From contig NC_086097.1 in the NCBI RefSeq assembly GCF_963921235.1, positions 175,586,001 through 175,650,000 on the forward strand: a stretch of 64,000 nucleotides of DNA. Direction: 5' to 3'. Position numbers and translations under genes: made by a program. Under the pieces are notes generated by a model that did not search any database, was not told the origin of the DNA, and saw nothing but the letters and a program-made list of their open reading frames with translations. This stretch comes from Mobula hypostoma. Its lineage: Eukaryota. This document shows positions 24,681 to 37,196 of this stretch, in pieces. Each line of letters begins with the position of its first letter. The first letter of the stretch is position 1.

Positions 24681-25189
24681 GTCTACAGAATGATGCTAGG
24701 TACAGGAGTGTCTGTAAATAAGTGACTGTGATAGGAAATGATAAGGTAGCAGGTGGAGGTGTGGTGGGTTAGTGGGTGGAGGTGCTGATCAGCTTTCCTG
24801 GTTGGGGAAAGTAACTGATTTTGAGGCTGGTGGTTCTGGTATGGATGCGACGTACCCTCTTCCTGAATGGGAGTGAGACAAGCAGTCCGTGAATGTGATG
24901 GGTGGCATCCTTGATGTTGCTCGCTTTTTTTTCAGGCACCTTTCTACATGTACTGGATGTTCTTGATGCTGGTTCTCTGTCCAGCAGGAATAATTTATTG
25001 ATTCTTCACTGTCCACCACAGTTAGCACCCATTATAGCACCTTTTAAGATTACAGGAGAACAAGCAGCAAAAGATTGACCCTGAGCCATGTAAAGAAATT
25101 GAGGCCAAAAAGTTCTATTTTAACTTCATCAGTCCACGGGACTTGTTTCAAAAATGCATCAGGCTTATTTAGATGTTCCTTTGAACCTT

Positions 25190-25971
25190 TTGAATAGAAC
25201 TTTTAGGCCACAATGAGCAAAGGTATGTTTGGAGAAAAAAGGGTGCATAATTTTGTGAAAAAAGCCTGTCTCCAACTGTTAAGCACAGGGGTGGATCGAT
25301 TATGCTTTGGGCTTGTGTTGCAGCCAGTGGCACGGGGAACATTTACTGGTAGAGGGAAGAATGAATTCAATTAAATACCAGCAAATTCTGGAAGCAAACA
25401 TCACACCGTCTGTAAAAAAGCCGAAGATGAAAAGAGTATGGCTTCTACAGCAGGACAATCAACCTAAACACACCTCAAAATCCACAGTGGACTACCTCAA
25501 GAGGCGCAAGCTGAAGGTTTTGCCATGGCCCTCACAGTCCCCTGACCTAAACACCATCGAGAATCTGTGGATAGACCTCAAAAGAGCAGTGCATGCAAGA
25601 AGGCCCAAGAATCCAAGAATCTCACAGAACTAGAAGCCTTTTGCAAGGAAGAATGGGTGAAAATCCCCCAAACAAGAATTGAAAGACTCTTAGCTGGCTA
25701 GAAAAAGCGTTTACAAGCTGTGATAATTGCCAAGGGGGGTGTTACTAAGTACTGCCATGCAGGGTGCCCAAACTTTTGCTTCGGGCCCTTTTCCTTTTTC
25801 GTTATTGTGAAACTGTAAAAGATGGAAATAAAGAAGTTTTCTTGCTTAAATTATTAAAGAAATGTGTCATCTTTAACTTTATACCTTTTGGAAATCAGGT
25901 CATCTTTTACTCGCTTAGCTATTCACAGTAACAGAAATTTTACCGGGGTGCCCAAACTTTTGCATGCCACT
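25190..25971 (+). mobile_element. Tc1-like (IR/DR type) transposon 3' part with DD34E transposase fragment and right inverted repeat
   Basis: ORF 25307..25633 ...LLQQDNQPKHTSKST...WPSQSPDLNTIENLW; 18-bp direct repeat GGGTGCCCAAACTTTTGC at 25762-25779 and 25946-25963. Confidence 0.88.
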
Positions 25972-27940
25972 AACTTGAATAGCTTGGGTTTTAAATTGTC
26001 TTGCGAGTAAGCGGGTTTGGAGAGGCAACTGCATTTTCAGTAACTCATAAAATGCTGGAGGAACTTAACAAGTTATGCCTCATCTATGAAGGTGAATGAA
26101 TAGTCGACATTTCGGACTGAGGCCCTTCATCAGCATTAGAAAGAGAGGAGGCAGAAGTCAGAATAAGGAGGAGAGAGAGTAAGGTGTACTGTAGAGCTCG
26201 AGATGATTAGATGAAGGCAGCAGTGAAAACATGGATTTGAAAGCAAGTTTGTGAATTTCAAAATTGCTAAAATTGGTTTTTATTATCACAAGCAGTACAG
26301 TTTAAAAACTTGTACGCCATCCACACAGATAATTTTATCACATCAGTACACTGGGGTAGTACAAGGGAAAAGCAATTACAGGATGTAGGATGTATTACAT
26401 TCTGCTACAGACAGTGAGGTGTAAGGCCATGAGATAGATTGTTAGAATTAGGTTTATTATCACAGACTCATATAATGTAAAATTTGTGTTGTAACAGTGC
26501 AGTGCAAAGACAGAACTTGCTGTGAATTACATAAATAACTCACTTTTATTTAACTCACTTGCTGTGAGTTAAATAAAAGGAGTAATTTGATAGTGTTCAT
26601 GGATCTTTCCGAATACTGCCATGGGGAAGAAGCTGTCCCTGAAATATTGTGTTGGTCTTCAGGCTCCTGTACCACCTTCCCACTGGTACTAATAAGAAGA
26701 GGGCATATCCCAGATGGTGAGGTCAAGAGACTATCGTGTATTCAAGGTTCTAATAACAGCAGGATAGAAGCCTGGTGGTACATGCTTTCAGGCTTTTTGT
26801 ATCTTCTAATCAGTGGAGGTGTGGGAGAAAATATCTGGGGTGGGACTGCTCTTTGATTATTTTGACTGCTTTCCCAAGCAGTGAGAAATACAAAAGGAGC
26901 CCATTTAGGACTGGCTGGTTTTCATGATCAAGCAATCAAGCCATTGTTTGGTGGGGATCTGGTGTTGGCCGGCAAGGTTTTTTTTGATATCCTTGTTTAT
27001 GTAGAGAAGTAAGTTGGAAGTTGGGGTGCGGATTGAGGACACATGAACTGTAACAGTGAGAAATTAGCCAGACTGAGAATATGTAATTAAAAATGTTTAA
27101 TTATATTAGATGTTTGCGATTCTACACTGCTGCTCTGAAACCAAGAAATCCCAGCTTCTTCCTAACAGAGGCTTGAATCAGTCAGCTGCTTCCTCATTCT
27201 TATTTGTAACGGAATGCTGACTAACCACATTTTTCTGCATGGTACATTGCTAATTATGATCAAAACTGCCAACTTTGCAAAATGTCACTTTGCCTTCAAG
27301 CTCTCATTCCCCTCAGGTCCTTGAATGTAGCAGTATCTTTGTGTACAAGTAAAAAGTGCAAAGCTCCAAAGCATGTCATAGTATGTGTTCCAGACAGATT
27401 AAAAACCATGATCAAAAGGCTTCGGCCTCTAGACTCATAAAGACAGATGGGCAGGAAAGCAAGAGATTAGACGAGATTTGGGAAATGCTTTAGAGGTGTT
27501 GAGGGTAAGAGCTGGTTGATTGTAGATACATGATGGTGGGGGTGGGGAGGGGGTGGATGAAGCAGTGAAGGGAATTAAAAACAAAATGTCCTGAATCAAA
27601 ATTTCTAACTTCGTTGAGTAGCAGAATCTATGCAGTTGGAAGTAATTGCAGAATAAATTTAAGGATTGCTGGATGAGTGAATGTAGAATTGGCACTTTGA
27701 TTTCTCTACTTCATTGAGGAATGGAGCTGATTACTCCTAAGTAAAACTTTTCAGATAAATCTTTAGGGATATTGAGAGGTGAGAGATGCAGAACTAAATA
27801 ATAGTACAGGTGATTTGAACTGTGTGGGCTGTTTCTGTGCAGTATGCCACACACTGACTTATCCCAAAGGGTAAATGTATTATGTACAGTGCATCTTCAA
27901 ATGAAACTTAATTGTGAAACTTCTGCCTTTCTGCCCACAG

Positions 27941-28091
27941 CCACCGGGTGCTGAGACACACAGCGATAATATGCACAAGCCGTTCTCTAAGTGTGAGAGC
28001 TATGGCATGCAGAAGTAATGCCCTTGATGCTGAAGCAAAGAGCGACATTGATAATCTCCTAGTGTTTCTGGATGTTGCCAATATTAATACA
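27941..28091 (+). CDS. TRAPPC8: TRAPPC8 coding exon (window exon 8, 151 nt)
   Basis: ccacag|CCACCGG...AATACA|gtgagt; HRVLRHTAIICTSRSLSVRAMACRSN...LVFLDVANINT; phase 2 to 0. Confidence 0.94.
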
Positions 28092-29540
28092 GTGAGTTTT
28101 CGTTAAAAATGCACTGAAATTTTGAACATAACTGTAGATGGATAAAAAAAATTTGGTTAATTTATTACTTACAGTTTTCATGGATACCTGAAAAAATCAA
28201 TATCAGAAAATAAACTGCCTTCCAAAGCAAGAATTGAAGCTGTATTTCAAGTGTGTAAAACACAAAATAAATATCGTGCTGTTTTATGTTTTAACATCCC
28301 AATCAACTTAGCTCAGATTTAAATTCCATTGTGGTTGTCTGGATTTATAGCAATTATTTCAGTGATATTTTGACAAGTTGAATGAACTCTGCTTCAGAAA
28401 ACCTTAACATTGTTTACCTGCTGCCAGTGGTTTTTCAATTGTATTGAAAATCAAATCCTAAATTTTGTCTAAAATTATAAAATCTGTGTTGTGTGAAACA
28501 CTATCTGCACCAGGTGTCCGTGCTAATTTTGTTCATTTACATCATATTCATTCAAAAGAGCACATAAACGTGTACTGAATAAATTCCTTTGTCAAAAACT
28601 ATTAGGAACTGATACTCAGTTGTATAGTGCTGTGGGAGTTTTGATAGTGTTCTAATTTACTCTGTATTTCATTAAGTACATAATTTGTTACTCAAAAGGT
28701 AGTTTATCCCTTTTATAACTTTTAACCGTCTCCATGAAACTTCAGCTAATTAGGACAGCCACTTAATTGGACCAAAATGTATCGGTCCAATTAACTGTAA
28801 TCCACTGCACTGACATGGAGCTGTGTTCACATATTAAAAACTTAAAATTGCGCTTTTGTCTTTATATTACAATTTGATTAACTTGAGGAATAAAGGATGC
28901 ATTATTGCATAGAGTTAGGAATCCAGACACAGAAAAATTAGATTTATCCATAGTTTAAAATTGTTAATTGTTCTTTGTAACATACCGCAAAAGAAATGGA
29001 AATACCGCATTCCCCTTGCCCAAAGTGCTATGGAAAGTCTCTGCAAAAAAACAAAATGCATTCAGTCTTAGCATACCAGAAAAGTGACCTCTAAACAGAT
29101 TAAGAAGTGGAAGGAGAGAAGCTGAATATTTCTCCTGTAAACTGATGAGTTTGGTCTTCTCATCGATTGCAGATTAAAGAAAATTGTGATTACACGTTTG
29201 TGTTTTAATTTTTGAGAGGGAGCAAATGCCAAGCTGGACTGCAAAATTTCAATGGTTTTTGGGTGCAACGGTTTGGAACTTAATCAATATACACATTGGG
29301 AAAATATCAACATGCAATTTCAAACTGATGAGTTTACAAGGGCATTCTAATCGAGAATGGTTTATGAGCCAAATACTGGAATGGGAGAAATTCTGGGACA
29401 TAGTCCCTGAAGGGAAAAAAGTAAGCAAATGGAAAATACACCCCAGTTCTAAAAATCTATGTGTTTTCTGATGTGAACAATAGGCATTTATTTTAAAAGC
29501 AATGTAGGTATCATGTTAACATTGGTGCTTAATCTTTCAG

Positions 29541-29637
29541 AGTGAAGCAGGTGTAAGGGAATTCCACATAATTCAGGTGTCGAGCTGTAGCAAGCATTGG
29601 AAACTACAGAAATGTATAAATCCAGCTGAAGATAAAG
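29541..29637 (+). CDS. TRAPPC8: TRAPPC8 coding exon (window exon 9, 97 nt)
   Basis: tttcag|AGTGAA...GATAAAG|gtttgt; SEAGVREFHIIQVSSCSKHWKLQKCINPAEDK; phase 0 to 1. Confidence 0.94.
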
Positions 29638-30229
29638 GTTTGTGATTTTTTTTTTTACCTATTTATGTACTTGTTTTATTTTTGATGTTTTTGTATTATT
29701 CTAGTAGCGAAGTTTGCAGAGCTGTGATGCCATAGTGTCAGAGTTCAAGTTCTGATCTCCTGTGTAGGGTTTGCATATTTGGAGTGACAGTGTGGGATTC
29801 CCTGAGGTTCCCTGGTTTTCTCCCACATGCTGTAGATATTCAGGTTGGTGGCTTGCTGCTGTGAATTGCCCTTGGTGTAGGTGGGCAGTAGAATTGAGAC
29901 ACAGACTGCAGGTGGAGGAACCTAAAGCAAAAATAAACTGCTTGAGCTACTCAGTGGGCAGGCAGTGTCCGTGGTGAGAAATGGCCAGTCTGCATTTCTG
30001 GTGGAGATTCTTCATTTGGTAGAATAGATGAGAATTTGAGAAAAAAAATCCCCCGGAGATAAAATTTCGATCTCAGAATTTAGGAGAATAAAACTGTAAA
30101 CAGAAGTAAACATTTATATTTTCAAATAACTCATGCACAGATGACAAGCTTCATTGTGCAGAACTTTAGGGATAGTTTTCTTGGAAAGTACCACTTCCGT
30201 AATGTGCGAATCACCTTTATAATTAAACC

Positions 30230-32040
30230 TCGTCGACAACATTTCCTGAAAGTTTATCATGTTTGGTAAATGTCCTTATTTGAGGAAGTAATTGAGAGAA
30301 TTGGTAGAAAGAAACATGTAGATGTAGTGTATTTAGATTTCTAAAAGGCATGGCCTCAAAAGAGAGGAGCCATGGAGTCATAAGTAGCTAGCCATCTGGA
30401 CACAAACTGGGGTCTGATCAGCCCCGGCTGGGTCACCTGGAGGAGGGTGTATGATGTTGAAAGACCCAAAACACCCGATGATTCCAGGAACATCACTGAA
30501 GATGTGTCCAGAAGCATCAGTAGATATATGTACACAGCAGAGATAAAATAGTTGGAAGGCTACAACTGGTGGAGTACCACAGAGATCAGTTTTTGGTCCA
30601 TAATTGCTCACTGTATTAAAGAGATGCAACATCCAGATTTGCTGATTACATAACAGTAGGTGGAAGTAAAAATATTTTGTGGTAAGGCTGTTGTGGTTCT
30701 GTATTGGTATTCAGATTGACTGAGTGGTCAAAAGACTGGCAAATGATGTTTAACATGGGGACATGTGAGGTTGTGCACTTTGGTAAGAGAAACCAAAATG
30801 AAATTATTATCTCAATGGGAAAGACTGCAAGTGAGTGAAGTACTGAGGGATCTTGGTGTTCTAGTGTATGAGTCGCAAAGCTAGCAGACAGGATGTAATG
30901 TTGAGGCCTTGTAAGGCATTGCTCAGACCACGCGGAGTATTATGAGTAGTTTTGGGCCCCTTAACTAAGAAACAATGTACTGGTATTGTAGAGGGTCTGG
31001 TGGAGGTTCACAAGGATGATCGGAGGAATGAAATGGTTAACGTATGTGGACTGTTTGATGGCACTGGGCCTGTACTTGTTGGTGTTTAGAAGTGTGAGGT
31101 GGGATCTCATTGAAACCCATTGAATATTGAAAGACCTAGATAGAGTGGATTTGGAGAGGATGTCTCCTATATTGGGGGAGTCTCGGACCAAAGGGCACAG
31201 ACTCAGAATTGAGGTACGTCCATTTAGAACAGAGAAGAAGGAAATTTTCTAAAACCGGAGCATGGTGAATGTGGTGGAATTCATTGCCACGGGTGGCTGT
31301 GCAGGCCACGTCATTGGGTATATTTAAGACAGAGGTTGATTGGTTCTTGATTAATCTGGGTGTCAAAGGTTACTGTGAGAAGGCAGGCGAATGGGGCTGA
31401 GAGAGAGAGAATAAATCAGCTATGATGGAATGGTAGAGTAGACTTGATGGGCCAAATCACCTAGTTCTGCTCCCATGGCTTATGGTCAGACAGGCTGTAC
31501 AAGTAGTTAAGAAGGTGAATGGCATTTTGGCCTTTGTTGCAAATTCAAAGTTTAAAAATAGGGTGGGTTTGTTACAATTGGACACATTGCTATTGAGGCC
31601 ACTGTGTCCAGTTTTTTTTTTAAAAAGGGATATAACTAGTTATTTAAGACTGATATGGAGAAATTTCTTCTCACATAGGGTGGTAAATCTGCCCTGGCAG
31701 GTGGTGGAGGTTGAATCATTTTAAGCGGAGGTGGATATATATTTGATAGATCGAGGAATGTGGAGATAATGACACAGAAGACGTTAAGGCCAAGATAGAT
31801 CAACCATCATCATATTGGAAGGAAGATTAGCCTTGTCACATATACCTCAAATGTAGTGATGTTTGTGTCAAATCAAATCAGCAAGGATTGTGCTGGGGAC
31901 AACTCACAAGTGTTGCCACACTTCTGGCACCATCATAGCATGCCTACAACTAGGCAACCCTGACCCGGTCATCTTTGAAACTTGGGAGTAAACCAGAGCA
32001 AACTCAAAGGACCCATGGCCTACTCCTGTTCCTGTTTTCT
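30230..32040 (+). mobile_element. Nested decayed CR1 fragments
   Basis: VDVVYLDF-KA, GVPQ-SV-GP and RRFTRMI remnants; two CR1-type 3'UTRs. Confidence 0.65.
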
Positions 32041-32802
32041 CAGGTTCTCTGGCCAAAGGCAAAGTGCAATTGATTGGAGGATAGAAAATATGGTACCTTA
32101 TTGAAGTAAAAGTGACAGGATATGATAGGCCTGTAAGTCTAATCTCAGAGGAAGTGAAGTTATTGGAGAAAATTCTAGTCTGGATCAACTGCAAGGGCAA
32201 GGATTAATCAGTTAGCTAAATGGAGGGTCCTGCCTGACCAATAGGATTAAAGATTTAAAGCTAACAAAATTTCCTCACGTGGCTTTGTGCAATGGGCTTC
32301 ACCCATATCCTACATGGAAAACTGACCTAAAAGGTTAGAGCTCATTGGGAAAGTGGATTTAAAATTAGCTTGCTAAAGAGAGGCATGATGATGGTGGAGA
32401 GTTATTTTTGTGACTGGTGGCTTGTGGTCTGTAGTGTAGAAAAGGGACTGCTGTTGGGAAGCTTGCACTTTGCTACATTCATTAACAACTTGGATATGAA
32501 TGCAGTCTGGTAAAGTGTCGTAGCCCGAAATGTTGACTGTTTACTATTTTCCATAGATGTTGCCTAGCCTGCTGTTTCCTCCAGCATTTATGTGTGTTGC
32601 TTTGGATTTCCAGCAGCTGCAGACTTGTGTTTATGCCTGCAGTGGGTATGACTTTGTGTTTATGACTATGAGCAATACCTTTTAGAAATGGTTATTTTTA
32701 ATTTTAAAAGCTTCATATTAATGATTTTCAAACAAGTTTTCTAAAATGCTTCATTTATTTCAATCACTTATACTTTTAATGTTATAACAATGAATACCCT
32801 AT

Positions 32803-35800
32803 AAACATAGAAACATAGAAAATAGGTGCAGGAGTAGGCCATTCAGCCCTTCGAGCCTGCACCGTCATTCAGTATGATCATGGCTGATCATCCAACTCAG
32901 AACCCTGTACCTGCCTTCTCTCCATACCTCCTGATCCCTTTAGCCACAAGGGCCATATCTAACTCCGTCTTAAATATAGCCAATGAACTGGCCTCAATTG
33001 TTTCCTGTGGCAGAGAATTCCACAGATTCACCACTCTGTGTGAAGAAGTTTTTCCTAATCTCGGTCCTAAAAGGCTTCCCCTTTATCCTCAAACTGTGAC
33101 CCCTCGTTCTGGACTTCCCCAACATCGAGAACAATCTTCCTGCATCTAGCCTGTCCAATCCCTTTAGGATTTTATACGTTTCAATAAGATCCCCCTCAAT
33201 CTTCTAAATTCCAATGAGTATAAACCTAGCCGATCCAGTCTTTCATCATATGAAAGTCCTGCCATCCCAGGAATCAATCTGGTGAACCTTCTTTGTACCC
33301 CCTCTATGGCAAGGATGTCTTTCCTCAGATTAGGGGACCAAAACTGCACACAATACTCCAGCTGTGGTCTCACCAAGGCCTTGTACAACTGCAGTAGTAC
33401 CTCCCTGCTCCTGTACTCGAATCCTCTTGCTATGAATGCCAGCATACCATTCACCTTTTTCACCGCCTGCTGTGCCTGCATGCCCGCTTTCAATGACTGG
33501 TGTATAATGACACCCAGGTCTCGTTGCACCTCCCCTTTTCCTAATCGGCCACCATTCAGATAATAATCTGTTTTCCTGTTTTTGCCACCAAAGTGGATAA
33601 TCTCACATTTATCCACATTAAATTGCATCTGCCATGAATTTGCCCACTCACCCAACCTATCCAAGTCACCCTGCATCCTCTTAGCATCCTCCTCACTGCT
33701 AACACTGCCACCCAGCTTCGTGTCATCCGCAAACTTGCAGATGCTGCATTTAATTCCCTCATCTAAGTCATTAATATATATTGTAAACAACTGGGGTCCC
33801 AGCACTGAGCCTTGCGGTACCCCACTAGTCACTGCCTGCCATTCTGAAAAGGTCCTGTTTATTCCCACTCTTTGCTTCCTGTCTGCCAACCAATTCTCTG
33901 TCCACATCAATACCGTACCCCCAATACCGTGTGCTTTAAGTTTGCACACTAATCTTCTGTGTGGGACCTTGTCAAAAGTCTTTTGAAAATCCAAATACAC
34001 CACATCCACTGGTTCTCCCCTATCCACTCTACTAGTTACATCCTCAAAAAATTCTATGAGATTCATCAGACATGATTTTCCTTTGACAAATCCATGCTGA
34101 CTTTGTCCGATGATTTCACCGCTTTCCAAATGTGCTGTTATCACATCTTTGATAACTGACTCTAGCATTTTCCCCACCACCGATGTTAGGCTAACCGGTC
34201 TATAATTCCCCCGTTTCTCTCTCCCTACTTTTTAAAAAAATGGGGTTACATTAGTCACCCTCCAATCCTCAGGAACTAGTCCAGAATCTAAAGAGTTTTG
34301 AAAAATTATCACTAATGCATCCACTATTTCTTGGGCTACTTCCTTAAGCACTCTGGGATGCAGACCATCTGGCCCTGGGGATTTATCTGCCTTTAATCCC
34401 TTCAAGTTACCTAACACCACTTCCCTACTAACATGTATTTCCCTCAGTTCCTCCATCTCACTAGACCCTCTGTCCTCTACTATTTCCGGAAGATTATTTA
34501 TGTCTTCCTTAGTGAAGACAGAACCAAAGTAGTTATTCAATTCGTCTGCCATGTCCTTGTTTCCCATAATCAATTCACCTGTTTCTGTCTGTAAGGGACC
34601 AACATTTGTCTTAACCAATCTTTTTCTTTTCACATATCTATAAAAGATTTTACAGTCAGTTTTTATGTTCCCTACCAATTTTCTCTCATAATCTCTTTTC
34701 CCTTTCCTAATTAAGCCCTTTGTCCTCCTCTGCTGGACTCTGAATTTCTCCCAGTCCTCAGGTGAGCCACGTTTTCTGGCTAATTTGTATGCTTCTTCTT
34801 TGGAATTGATACTATCCCTAATTTCCCTTGTCAGCCGCGGGTGCACTACCTTCCCTGATTTATTCTTTTGCCAAACTGGGATGAACAATTGTTGTAGTTC
34901 ATCCATGCGATCTTTAAATGCTTGCCATTGCATATCCAGCATCAACCCTTTAAGTATCATTTGCCAGTCTATCTTAGCTAATTCACATCTCATACCTTCA
35001 AAATACCCTTCTTTAAGTTCAGAAGCTTTGTTTCCGAATTAACTATGTCACTCTCCATCTTAATGAAGAATTCCACCATATTATGGTCACTCTTACCCAA
35101 GGGGCCTCTCACGACAAGATCGCTAACTTACCCTTCCTCATTGCTCAAAACCCAGTCCAGAATAGCCTGCTCTCTAGTTGGTTCCTCGACATGTTGGTTC
35201 AGAAAACCATCCCGCATACATTCCAAGAAATAATCTTCCTCAGCACCCTTACTAGTTTGGTTCACCCAATCTATATTTAGATTGAAGTCACCCATTATAA
35301 CTGCTGTTCCCTTATTGCACGCATTTCTAATTTCCTGTTTAATGCCATCCCCAACCTCACTACTACTATTAGGTGGCCTGCACACAACTCCCACCAGCGT
35401 TTTCTGCCCCTTAGTGTTATGCAGCTCTACCCATATCGATTCCACATCCTCCCGGCTAATGTCCTTCCTTTCTATTGCGTTAATCTCCTCTCTAACCAGC
35501 AATGCTACCCCACCTCCTTTTCTTTCATGTCTATCCCTCCTGAATATTGAATATCCTTGAATGTTGAGCTCCCATCCTTGGTCACCCTGGAGCCATGTCT
35601 CTGTGATCCCAACTATATCATATTCATTAATAACAATCTGCACTTTTAATTCATCCACCTTGTTACAAATGCTCCTTGCATTGACACACAAAGCCTTCAG
35701 TCTTGCTTTTACAACACTCTTGGCCCTTATACAATTATGTTGAAAAGTGGCTCTTTTTGATTTTTGCCCTGGATTTGCCAGCCTGCCACTTTTACTTTTC

Positions 35801-37172
35801 AACCTTACTACTTTTTGCTTCTACCCTCATTTTACACTCCTCTGTCTCTCTGCACTTGTTCCCATCCCCCTGTTGTGAACTAACCTCCTCTCGCCTAGCC
35901 TCTTTAATTTGATTCCCACCCCCCAACCATTCTAGTTTAAAGTCACCTCAGTAGCCCTCGCAGATCTCCCCACCAGGATATTGGTCCCCCTAGGACTCAA
36001 GTGTAACCCGTCTCTTTTGTACGGGTCACACCTGTGCCAAAAGAGGTCCCAATGATCCAAAAACTTGAATCCCTGCCCCCTGCTCCAATCCCTCAGCCAC
36101 GCATTTATTCTCCACCTCATTGCATTCCTACTCTCACTGTCGCGTAGGACAGGCAGTAATCCCGAGATTACTACCTTTGCAGTCCTTTTTCTCAACTCCC
36201 TTCCTAACTCCCTATGTTCTCCTGTCAGGACCTCTTCCCTTTTCCTACCTATGTCATTGGTACCTATATGTACCACGACCTCTGGCTCCTCACCCTCCCA
36301 CTTCAGGATATCTTGGACGCGATCAGAAATATTCCGGACCCTGACACCAGGGAGGCAAACTACCATTCGGGTCTCTGGACTGCGTCCACAGAATCGCCTA
36401 CCTGAACCCCTTACTATCGTATCCCCTATTACTACTGCCCTCCTCTTCCTTTCCCTACCCTACAGGGCCGAACTCTGTGTGGGAGGCACGGCCACTGTTG
36501 CTTCCCCCAGGTAAGCTGCCCCCCCCCCCAACAGTACTCAAACAGGAGTACCTATTGTCAAGGGGCATAGCCACCGTGGTACTCTCTATTACCTGACTCT
36601 TCCTCTTCCCTCTCCTAGCCGTGACCCACTTGTCTGCCTCCCGTGGCCCCGGTGTGACCACCTGCCCGTAACTCCTGTCTATCAACTCCTCACTCTCCCT
36701 GACCAGATAAAGGTCATCGAGCTGCAGCTCCAGTTCCCTAACGCAGTCCCTTAGGAGCTGCATCTCAGCACACCTGGCGCAGATGTGGACGTCCGGGAGG
36801 CTTGGAGACTCCAGGACCTCCCACATCTAGCACCGAGAACAACAAACTGCCCTCACACTCATACTGCCCTTCTCAAATAACAACAAAAAATGAATACCAA
36901 ACCCTCTTCGCCTGGCTCGTTTCTGCCTAAGCCCGTTGAGCCGAAGCCCTTAAGCCTTCACTGTGCTCCCGGCTCACTCTGCCGCCCGCAAACTCCGCTG
37001 CCCCGTATATAAGGCTCTGTTCCTTTTAAGTCTTCTGCGCTTCACTGCCCGACGTCACACGCCTGTGCAGTCCCGCCTCTCTGAATGCTGATGGGGGAAA
37101 AAACCCCGAAAAATTCAAAAATGGCTTCCTCCACACTCCCGCTCCGATTCTCAGACTCCCTTCTCCGAAACA
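32803..37172 (-). mobile_element. Near-full-length CR1 LINE (subfamily A): ORF1 zinc-finger/leucine-zipper plus SGNH esterase; ORF2 APE endonuclease plus RT; several stops and frameshifts
   Basis: ORF1: CARCAEMQLLRDCVRELELQL, VVVHIGTND, RDGLHLS. ORF2: NARSI..K, GITETWL, MGDFN, GVPQGSVLGP, FADD. 3' tail is (CTATGTTT)n at 32803-32820. Confidence 0.95.
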
Positions 37173-37196
37173 AACCATAACTCATCCTTTTTTCCA

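Noticed and set aside
28725..28810. Possible Tigger/pogo-like MITE end (CCAATTAA...AATCCACTG)
   Set aside because: Only one degenerate end is visible, with no partner TIR or TSD; too weak to call.
33282..36514. Numerous + strand ORFs of 60-150 aa over the CR1
   Set aside because: Antisense shadows of the CR1 coding frames, with no splice or homology support.
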